The notes under the pieces: model-generated
What the model was told of the DNA's origin: nothing
What the model saw: only the letters and a program-made list of their open reading frames with translations
Database searches by the model: none
Shown: positions 13,877 through 20,853 of the stretch, one piece after another
How the letters are laid out: every line of letters begins with the position of its first letter
Position numbering within the stretch: position 1 is the stretch's first letter
Position numbers and translations under genes: made by a program
Origin: Rhodospirillaceae bacterium bin65
Lineage (GTDB): Bacteria > Pseudomonadota > Alphaproteobacteria > Bin65
Assembly (NCBI GenBank): GCA_002238725.1
Contig: MPMX01000005.1
Span: forward strand, 28,150 to 52,149
Length of the DNA: 24,000 nt
Direction: 5' to 3'

Positions 13877-16267
13877 TCACGCGATAACCGGCACAGGATT
13901 GAGGTCGGCTTCCGGCAGCGGCGACTCGCGCCAGCCCATTTCGACCGGAACGTCGTACAGGCGCCCGGGCGCGAAACGCTCCCAGAAATGGCGCAGGCCG
14001 GGCACGATGACCCGCGCCACCGGCATGCCGATATCCGGCCGCGTCTGGTCGAGCACCAGAAATTCCATGTCCCTGGCCTCGACCAGCGCCCGGCACCGCT
14101 CGACCTCTTCGCGCGCGTCGGCTGTATCCGGGACAGGATAGTCCGCATTGCCGCGCGTGGGCGCCCCCGCCGCCGGCGCCAGCCAGGGATGGTCCGCCAG
14201 CGTCGCCGTCTTCCACCACCACAGCGCCAGCGGATCGTCGATCGCCGGGCCGCCGCCGCCCGGCCGCGGCAGCCAGGTCAGGCACTGGTTCAGCTCGCAC
14301 ACCGCGCGCAGGGCCGCGATGCGCGGGTCGGTATGCGCCCCGGCGCCGTAGATGATGTCCTCGGTTTCGCCGCCGATCTTGCGCGAGACGGCGACGAAGG
14401 CGGGAATGCCGAGGTCGGCGGTGACGTCGAGCACCCACATGTCGCGCTCATGCCGGCGGTAATAGTCCGGCGCCGAGGCCAAGTAATCGTCGCCGAAACT
14501 TTCCAGATCCACGCCCGGCACGCGCAACCGGTTGTACCACCAGATCGCGAAGGCGTCGCGTTCGACCAGTTCGAAGAAGCCCTGGAGGATCGCCTCTTCA
14601 AGGGTATTGCCGGCGGCGCAGCCGTTCGAATCCGCGATGAAATCGGCGCTGCCCCGTTGCTCGGCCGGCGTGCTGTAGAGCATCGATGTCGGCAGATGGC
14701 GGTGGCGATCCTGCGTCAGCGACCAGACCGGCGACCAGCTTATTTCGGCGTCCGGATCGAGCCGCTGCGGCACGATATTGTACGGATGGCCCCGGGCGTT
14801 GATTTCGTCCGCATTTTCCAGCTGGCGTTCGCTGAACAGCTGGACGTCGTTCGGGTGGATCGCCGCTGCATTGCCGGCTGCGCCCAAATCCACATACCGC
14901 CCGAGCCGGCGGATCTCGTCGCCGTGGAAGGCGCCGGAGTAGCGCTCGATCGCTTCGCACAAGGCGCTGGCCTCGGACTGCGCCCGCGTGCTGCCCTTGC
15001 CGGCGCTCTTGCTGCGCAGGCTACGCCTCAGCGAGCTCAATTTCCGGCTTCGCAGTCCGTAGTTGGTCCCCGCCCAGTAAACGTGGAGCCAGGAATCGGC
15101 CTCTTCCGTGGTGCGCGCCACCCAGGTCACGACGCCGCTGACCGGGCTGATCAGATTGCGGTATCGGGCCAGGGTCGCTTCGGGGGAGACTGCGCGCACG
15201 CCGCCGCTGTTGCTGATGCCGGTCGGGCTCGGCTGCAGGCGCACCGGAACCGGCGGCCGGTCGGCGCGGTACAGGCCCTCGTCGCCGCACGCGAAACATT
15301 GCGGCCGGCGCATGACCGGATGCCGCTCGCCGGCGAGACGGCCGACATCGAGCGAGATGGCCTGCGCATGGAGCGGTGCCGCTTCGTCCAGAACCAGCCA
15401 TTTGGCGATCTCGGCCGCGATCAGGCCGTAGACCGCGTCCAGCACGGCGGGCTCTGCGGCGCCGGGCCGGAAGGCGGCCTCGTCGCCCGCGATGTTGCGC
15501 AGGAAGTTGTGGACCTCCCGGTGGCTGCGCATCCGGTAGGCGAGGCAGGCCCAGCACGGCCCCCGTTCCGCCGGCCGGAACACCGGGCCGAACAGCGGTT
15601 GCAGGCCCTTCGGCCGAACGAGCACCCACGGTGCGCCGGTTTCGATGCGCTTCCGGTTGATGGCGTCGCAGCGTTCTTCGAGATAATCGGCGCAGACGAC
15701 CGCTGTGAGGGCGATATCCTCCCGGCCCGTCGCGACGCCCATCGCCTCGAGCCGCCGGGAAAACTGTCCGCCGTCGCCGTCGACCGCCACGCGCGCCGCC
15801 GCCAGGCGCTGTTCCGCCCAGCGCGGCGCGGCGCCGAGGGCAGACCAGTAGGCCGCCCGGCCCCGGTCCATCGAATGTTCGGCGGAAACGGCATAGCCCC
15901 TGGACGCTAGGCCGGCGAGCGCGGTGCGGATATCGGCAGCGGCATGGGCGCCGGCGAGTGCCGCAACGATGTCGCCCTGCGGCCGGCCGTCGAGCAGTGG
16001 CAGCAGATCGCGGTAGATCGGCCGGCGCAGCAGCGTATTGAAGGTTTCGGAAACCAGCAGGGTCTGCTGCCCGTCGACCGGATGAAAGTCGAGATGCGGC
16101 GTGAGCGTCGGCCGTTCGACAAGCCCCCGGTCCTCGGCCGAGACCCTTGTCAGGATTCCCGGCGGCGACGGTCTGGCCGGCGAAGCGGGCGCGTCTGTCT
16201 TGCTGTCCGGGGCCGGGGCGGCGGAACGGCGCGATGGACTGCCGTCGGGTCGATGCCTGTCAGTCAT
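13877..16267 (-). CDS. Fused E1-like (SagC/ThiF-like docking) plus YcaO (SagD-type) azoline-forming cyclodehydratase
   Basis: 796 aa. The N-terminal half carries the cyclodehydratase-domain pattern (PHLDFHPVDGQQTLLVSETFNTLLRRPIYRDLLPLLDG ... PWVLVRPKG...GPVF...GPCWACLAYRMR ... CFACG). The C-terminal half is YcaO-like (GKGSTRAQSEASALCEAIERYSG, DSNGCAAGNTLEEAILQGFFELVERDAF, GIPAFVAVS, GAGAHTDPRIAALRAVCELNQ, proline-rich C-terminal tail ...IVPGLRHFWERFAPGRLYDVPV). The first ~50 aa are a P/S/A-rich low-complexity extension. Confidence 0.9.
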   Translation of the reverse strand: MTDRHRPDGSPSRRSAAPAPDSKTDAPASPARPSPPGILTRVSAEDRGLVERPTLTPHLDFHPVDGQQTLLVSETFNTLLRRPIYRDLLPLLDGRPQGDIVAALAGAHAAADIRTALAGLASRGYAVSAEHSMDRGRAAYWSALGAAPRWAEQRLAAARVAVDGDGGQFSRRLEAMGVATGREDIALTAVVCADYLEERCDAINRKRIETGAPWVLVRPKGLQPLFGPVFRPAERGPCWACLAYRMRSHREVHNFLRNIAGDEAAFRPGAAEPAVLDAVYGLIAAEIAKWLVLDEAAPLHAQAISLDVGRLAGERHPVMRRPQCFACGDEGLYRADRPPVPVRLQPSPTGISNSGGVRAVSPEATLARYRNLISPVSGVVTWVARTTEEADSWLHVYWAGTNYGLRSRKLSSLRRSLRSKSAGKGSTRAQSEASALCEAIERYSGAFHGDEIRRLGRYVDLGAAGNAAAIHPNDVQLFSERQLENADEINARGHPYNIVPQRLDPDAEISWSPVWSLTQDRHRHLPTSMLYSTPAEQRGSADFIADSNGCAAGNTLEEAILQGFFELVERDAFAIWWYNRLRVPGVDLESFGDDYLASAPDYYRRHERDMWVLDVTADLGIPAFVAVSRKIGGETEDIIYGAGAHTDPRIAALRAVCELNQCLTWLPRPGGGGPAIDDPLALWWWKTATLADHPWLAPAAGAPTRGNADYPVPDTADAREEVERCRALVEARDMEFLVLDQTRPDIGMPVARVIVPGLRHFWERFAPGRLYDVPVEMGWRESPLPEADLNPVPVIA

Positions 16268-16355
16268 TCAACCGGTCCGTGGCGTATCGATGGCGCCGGG
16301 GCATCGCGCGCTTCCGCGGCGCCTGCAATCCACCCTTCTTGCGGCAGGGCCGGGC

Positions 16356-18830
16356 TCAGGACGGGCCGGCCGCGGCGTCCGCCGTCGCGTCCAGCGCGCC
16401 GATCACGGCGGCGGCGCGCGCCGCCGTTTCGCCGGCCGCGGCATCCAGCGCGTCGAAATCGTCCTGGCCGCAGGACTGCGCGAGCACGTCCCTGGCACTC
16501 GATCCCAGCGCCTCGGCCTGGACGCCATCGCCTGCGACGAGCCGCTGGGCGCCGTGCAGGTTCCGCCACAGCGCCGCGGCGTCCGCCAGGTCCGCCGCCG
16601 GACCGTCAGCGATCTTTCCCTGTGCGGCTGCGGCGCGAAAGACCGAAGCCGCGGCGGGTGCGGGATCGTCCGGGGCGTCCCCGGCAAGGACCAGTTGCAG
16701 GAGCCGTGCAGCGCGTTCGACATCAAAAAGGCCGCCGCGCATGTTTTCATACGCAGCAAGCCCGGTTCCGGCATCGCCGTTGCCGGCGGTGTGCAGTTCG
16801 GCGATCAACCTGCCGCGCGCGGCGCCCGCGGCCAGGGCTTCGCGCCGCGCCTGGTCGAACCGCTCTCCGATTCCGGCCGCGCCGTGTTCGAAAATGCAGC
16901 GCGCGCGGGTCAGTTCCAGAAGTTCGCTTGCCGGCGCGGCGGTCCGGCAGTGCTCCGCGAAACCGGTCAGGGACCGCACAGGGCGCCCTTTCCGGCTGCC
17001 GGGGATCGGCGCGAAAATCAGGCTGTCGCGCGACAGTTCCCTGAGCGCATCGTGGAAACGCCAGCACAGGCCATCGTAGCTGTCGTCGGAGCCGCCTTCG
17101 TAGACGAAGAGAATTTCGAGCGCAGCGCCGGGCGCCGTTTCCCGGCTCGCCGGATCGCCCAGGATTGCAGCGGCGACACCGCCCCCGCTCCCCGGCACGA
17201 GCCGGCCGGCGAATTGCTCGGCGACCGACGACAGGACGGCGGAAATCGAGGCTTCGGCCAGATTGGACAGGGCCGTCCCCGCCTCGATCGGCGTCAGGTT
17301 GCCCCGCAATGTGTGCATGCCGATCTGGAACGCCTTGTCGTTCGACCAGTTGCGCAGCGTCTCCACCGTGTCCCGAACGTCCTGGACCGGCGTTTCGGCG
17401 ATGCGTTCCTTCATTTCGGCGACGCCGAATTCGTGCGTCCAGTAGAGGCGTGTCAGGCCCTGGCGGGCGATCGCCTCGGCCTCCGGGTCCGGGCCGAAGC
17501 CCTTGGGCAGGTCGAGATCGGTGAATTCCCTGTCCTGCAGGCTGTCGAGCAGTTCCGGATGCCGCTCGATCCATCCTGCGAGATGCGGCGCGGCGGCGAA
17601 TATCTCGACGATGGCGTCGAACGCTTCCGGGCGCGCGGTCGAAACCGGGCTGTCGTAGGCGCTCCAGTCCTCGATCTCGGGATAGAACTGCGCGCGCCAC
17701 CGGTCGACCAGCGGGTCCATGGTCTCGAACCATCGCTTGGGACGCACTGCCAGGTTGAACATCCTGGCGTAGCTGCCCGGCAGTTGCGGCGACTCGTCGG
17801 CGCCGCGATTCTGCAGCAGGGGATAGGGCCGGCTCGCCACGGCGTGGTGATCCGGGTGCCGCTGCATGTTGTAGAACATCCAGTTGCTGAACTTGTAGTT
17901 GGCGTTCCACGAGTGCCGGGGCCGGACCTTCTCGAACCGGCCGCTGCGCAGGCGGACCCGGCGCAATCCGTAGTGCTGCATGTAGTTGCTGATCTTCATC
18001 GAGAAGACGGTGCCGAGGCACAGGACGGCATAAGCCAGAACCGCCCACAGGCCGCCCATCCAATAGATAAGCGCATACCAGAAACCGGTTTCGATCCCGT
18101 ACCGCCAGAACGGGTTGCAGTAGTGCCAGATCGGCAGGGGGGGGGGGGCCCGCCCCCCCCCCCCCGCCCGCCCCCCCACCCCCCCCCGCGCGCCCCGCCA
18201 GGAGCCGGTAAGATTGCTCGCGACTTCCCGGGGAAAGTACTGCCAGAAGCTCTGGCCCCTGGGCGCGGAGCCGACGTCCAGCGGCGTGCCGACCAGGGCG
18301 TGGTGGATGTAGACATGCTCGGTGGCGTATTGCGGGTAGGAGGCGGACGCGAGCAGGAACTCGCCGAGCCGCCGCTCCCAGGTTGCGCGCCGGTGGATCA
18401 GTTCGTGGCCGACGATGAAGACCGCCTGGGCTTCGCCCGTGAGCACAACCGCCAGCAATATGCATTCCCAGACCGAGAACTGGCCGGCGGCAAGGATCTG
18501 CCAAAGCCCGAACACGAGAGTCGGCGGCCAGAGAAATGCCCAGAACCAGACCGGCAGGTTGTGCCAGAACAGCTTTCGTTCGGGAGTATTTGCGGGGTCC
18601 ATGTTCCGCTCGTCGTCGCCGAAGGCGATGTCCAGCGGGCCCGCGAGCATGAAGAAGGCAAACGGCGCCGCAATCCACCAGCCGCCGTGGATTAGGGCGA
18701 GGATAATCAGCGGAAAAATTGCCAGCGGCAGGAAATGGGGCAGGGCGTTGCGGAACGAAGGTTCGATTGCCTTCGCTGCGCGGGTGTTTCCGGAGTTCAG
18801 ACCGCCCGGTTCGACGATATTTTCCGCCAT
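16356..18830 (-). CDS. Fusion protein: N-terminal AlkB-type membrane di-iron hydroxylase/fatty-acid-desaturase-fold domain, C-terminal GlnE-like (glutamine synthetase adenylyltransferase half) domain with a degenerate active site
   Basis: 824 aa; SD AGAGG lies 6 nt before ATG 18830. AlkB hallmarks appear in order: HELIHR, EHVYIHH, NYMQHYGL, HSWN, LQRH-like NMQRHPDHH, and the C-terminal MDPLV. From about aa 400 it aligns by eye to one GlnE half: AAAPHLAGWIERHPELLDSLQD; VETLRNWSNDKAFQIGMHTLRGNLTPIEAGTALSNLAEASISAVL; then AILGDPASRETAPGAALEILFVYE where GlnE has GKLGG.ELGY.SDLDLIFL; then LELTRARCIF and GGLFDVERAARLLQLV. The frame stays open across the G12/C13 tract at 18137-18187. Confidence 0.8.
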   Translation of the reverse strand: MAENIVEPGGLNSGNTRAAKAIEPSFRNALPHFLPLAIFPLIILALIHGGWWIAAPFAFFMLAGPLDIAFGDDERNMDPANTPERKLFWHNLPVWFWAFLWPPTLVFGLWQILAAGQFSVWECILLAVVLTGEAQAVFIVGHELIHRRATWERRLGEFLLASASYPQYATEHVYIHHALVGTPLDVGSAPRGQSFWQYFPREVASNLTGSWRGARGGVGGRAGGGGRAPPPLPIWHYCNPFWRYGIETGFWYALIYWMGGLWAVLAYAVLCLGTVFSMKISNYMQHYGLRRVRLRSGRFEKVRPRHSWNANYKFSNWMFYNMQRHPDHHAVASRPYPLLQNRGADESPQLPGSYARMFNLAVRPKRWFETMDPLVDRWRAQFYPEIEDWSAYDSPVSTARPEAFDAIVEIFAAAPHLAGWIERHPELLDSLQDREFTDLDLPKGFGPDPEAEAIARQGLTRLYWTHEFGVAEMKERIAETPVQDVRDTVETLRNWSNDKAFQIGMHTLRGNLTPIEAGTALSNLAEASISAVLSSVAEQFAGRLVPGSGGGVAAAILGDPASRETAPGAALEILFVYEGGSDDSYDGLCWRFHDALRELSRDSLIFAPIPGSRKGRPVRSLTGFAEHCRTAAPASELLELTRARCIFEHGAAGIGERFDQARREALAAGAARGRLIAELHTAGNGDAGTGLAAYENMRGGLFDVERAARLLQLVLAGDAPDDPAPAAASVFRAAAAQGKIADGPAADLADAAALWRNLHGAQRLVAGDGVQAEALGSSARDVLAQSCGQDDFDALDAAAGETAARAAAVIGALDATADAAAGPS
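18137..18187. repeat. Extreme G/C homopolymer block inside the alkB-like CDS (G12, then C13, C7, C9)
   Basis: G12 at 18137-18148, CCCG, C13 at 18153-18165, GCCCG, C7 at 18171-18177, A, C9 at 18179-18187. G12 and C13 are self-complementary and could form a GC-only hairpin. The block encodes RGARGGVGGRAGGGGRAPPPLP in the annotated frame. Confidence 0.9.
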
Positions 18831-18984
18831 GGCGACCTCTTGCCTTTACCGGGGAGCGCGTTTCTCTTGAGCAGCCATTGTCTCCGCACGGGCGGCTTCG
18901 GTAAAGCGTTTCCGAAAGGCGGCCGCAGGCGCCGGGCAGCCTGTGTGACGTGGTTTTCCTGCGCGATCCGGGCAACTCGCCGGG

Positions 18985-19017
18985 CGTACGCATGCAATTT
19001 GCACGTACAATTGCAAT
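18985..19017. promoter_or_regulatory. Repeated motif CGTAC-N3-TGCAAT (two copies, 19-bp period) overlapping the inverted repeat TGCAATT-N9-AATTGCA; candidate operator upstream of the biosynthetic operon
   Basis: CGTACGCATGCAAT (18985-18998) and CGTACAATTGCAAT (19004-19017) match at 11 of 14 positions. A third TGCAAT is at 19043-19048 and a third CGTACG at 19027-19032. The inverted repeat is TGCAATT (18993-18999) / AATTGCA (19009-19015). It lies 155-200 bp upstream of ATG 18830 in a locally AT-richer patch. No regulator gene is visible in the window. Confidence 0.3.
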
Positions 19018-19075
19018 AAGTACACACGTACGGAGCGCGCCGTGCAATGGCCGGCGGCGCAAAGACTGTCCGGCG

Positions 19076-19321
19076 GGCCTGTACGGCGCCTTCGCGGTCG
19101 GATTTCTCGCCCCGGTGTTCGGGGGCACGCGCTCCCAGACGTCCGGCCCCACGGCGCCGATGACCGTCGCCATGGCGGCCGTCCTCACCAGCCAGGCGGA
19201 CAGCCTGACCGAAGCCTTGACCGTGGTCGTTCCGGCCGACGTGCCCGCGCACCGGACCGTCGGAACGTTGGACGAAGTGCGCCGGGCCGCCAGGGACATA
19301 TTCGCGCCGGCAGGCAGGTGA
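19076..19321 (+). pseudogene. Remnant of a SulP-family anion transporter gene (N-terminal TM2-3 segment joined to a short C-terminal tail)
   Basis: The frame of ORF 18950..19321 reads GLYGAFAVGFLAPVFGGTRSQTSGPTAPMTVAMAAVL. This matches the conserved SulP block (compare E. coli DauA from memory: [33 protein letters not shown]). Sequence upstream of GLY is not SulP-like. The ORF stops about 80 codons later, whereas SulP proteins have roughly 500 or more residues. Confidence 0.45.
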
Positions 19322-19583
19322 CGGGCTACTTCATCTCGCCCGGGCCGGCGCGCCCGGCAGGCCTCTTACCGCTCCCTCGCCCGGACCCTGCAGTTCCCGG
19401 AGGTCAATGAAACACCCGGTCGGTCTTCCAATTCTTCAATGATTCAACATCTGCGCAGGAATCTGCTAAAAGGGGTTCCGGCAGCGCTGCCGGCCAAAGG
19501 CCCACCCGAATTCCGGTCCGTCGAATACGCAGGGAATGGCGGGGCGATTTCAGCGCTCCACGACCGCGACAGGGGGGGGCCGC

Positions 19584-20849
19584 ATGCGAAGGGTGACTAG
19601 GAGAGCGGTGCTCGGCGCAAGTGCCGGCGGCTTGCTCGTCCCACCTTGGTCCATGGCGCAAGGCGCATCCGCCAATCCATCCGGCCTGACCGACACGGAA
19701 ATCATACTCGGGATGTCGGCCGCCTTTTCGGGCCCGTCCCGCGGTCTCGGCATTGAACTCTATCGCGGCGCCAGCGCCTATTTCACTCATGTCAATCGCG
19801 GCGGCGGCGTCGGGGGCCGCAAGATCGTCCTCAGGACCTACGACGACGGCTATCAGCCGAACCCTTCGGTGGAGAATACGGTCAAGCTGATCCTGAAGGA
19901 TAAGGTGTTCGCCCTGTTCGGCTATGTCGGCACGCCGACTGTGACCCGGGTGCTGCCGCTCCTGAAGAAATTCCAGGACGAGAAGACGTTCCTTTTCTTC
20001 CCTTTCACCGGCGCCCAACCCCAGCGCCAGCCGCCCTATGGCGAATTCGCGTTCAACCTCCGCGCCTCCTACCGCCAGGAAACCGCCGGTCTGGTCGACA
20101 ATTTCGTATCGATCGGCCGGAAGCGCATCGGCATGTTCTACCAGGCCGACGCTTACGGCCGCAGCGGCTGGGCCGGCGTGCGGCGCGCGCTCAGGAAATA
20201 CGACCTGCGGATCGTCGGCGAGGCGACCTACCGGCGCGGCAGCAAGTTTACCAGCGTGATGCGCCGGCAGGCCCAGATCCTCAAGAACGCGAAGGCCGAT
20301 GCCGTGATCTGCATCGGCGCCTACGCCGCCTGCGCCGCCTTCCTGCGCGATGCGGTCGATAACGGATTGCGCGTGCCGATCGCCAATCTTTCCTTCGTCG
20401 GCAGCGAAAACTTGCTGAAGCTGATTGCCGAGTCGCAGGACGAGCCGCGGCGCTATACCGAACTGCTGGTCAATTCGCAGGTCGTCCCGAGCTACGAGGA
20501 CGCTTCGATCCCGGCTGTGCGCGAATATCGCGAGTTGATGCAGCGCTACGATCCGCAGCCGCCCAAAGAACTGCTCAAGGAAGCCTACACGCCCTTTTCC
20601 CACAGCTTCGTCAGCCTGGAGGGTTTTCTCGACGCCAAGCTGATGGTTGAAATCCTGCGCCGCATGGGCGACCGGCCGGATCGCAGCAGGCTGGAAAATG
20701 CCGTTTTCTCGGTCAGGGATTTCGATCTCGGCGTCGGCGTTCCGGTCTCGTTTTCCGCCAACCGCCGGCAAGGCCTGGACCGTGTCTACTACACCGTCGT
20801 CGACGGCGGCCGTTTCGTTCCCCTGCACGACTGGAAAGGCAGGCTTTAG
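19584..20849 (+). CDS. Periplasmic substrate-binding protein, LivK/Peripla_BP_6-like (branched-chain amino acid/amide type)
   Basis: I place the start at ATG 19584 (MRRVTRRAVLGASAGGLLVPPWSMAQG), a twin-arginine-like signal peptide. The mature part reads TDTEIILGMSAAFSGPSRGLGIELYRGASAYFTHVNRGGGVGGRKIVLRTYDDGYQPNPSVENTVKLI..DKVFALFGYVGTPT, typical of type I binding proteins. The track start 19536 adds 16 unlikely residues. A G8 run (19572-19579) sits just upstream. Confidence 0.85.
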   Translation: MRRVTRRAVLGASAGGLLVPPWSMAQGASANPSGLTDTEIILGMSAAFSGPSRGLGIELYRGASAYFTHVNRGGGVGGRKIVLRTYDDGYQPNPSVENTVKLILKDKVFALFGYVGTPTVTRVLPLLKKFQDEKTFLFFPFTGAQPQRQPPYGEFAFNLRASYRQETAGLVDNFVSIGRKRIGMFYQADAYGRSGWAGVRRALRKYDLRIVGEATYRRGSKFTSVMRRQAQILKNAKADAVICIGAYAACAAFLRDAVDNGLRVPIANLSFVGSENLLKLIAESQDEPRRYTELLVNSQVVPSYEDASIPAVREYRELMQRYDPQPPKELLKEAYTPFSHSFVSLEGFLDAKLMVEILRRMGDRPDRSRLENAVFSVRDFDLGVGVPVSFSANRRQGLDRVYYTVVDGGRFVPLHDWKGRL

Positions 20850-20853
20850 CGAT

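Noticed and set aside
13664-15910. 748-aa + ORF
   Set aside because: It is antisense to the YcaO fusion gene, with shadow-ORF composition (R, G, A, P, D, Q) and no motifs.
18999-19015. Sigma-54-like element TTGCAC-N6-TTGCA
   Set aside because: The -24 GG is replaced by TG and the spacing is one nt too long relative to TGGCAC-N5-TTGC. It is better explained as part of the TGCAAT repeat/inverted repeat.
16101-19299. 864-aa + ORF (16101..18695) and 850-aa minus ORF (16747..19299)
   Set aside because: Both overlap the alkB/GlnE-like gene, whose His boxes fix the true frame. Both alternatives are arginine- and proline-rich nonsense.
19404-20828. 474-aa minus ORF
   Set aside because: It is antisense to the LivK-like binding-protein gene, which has a signal peptide and family-typical sequence.
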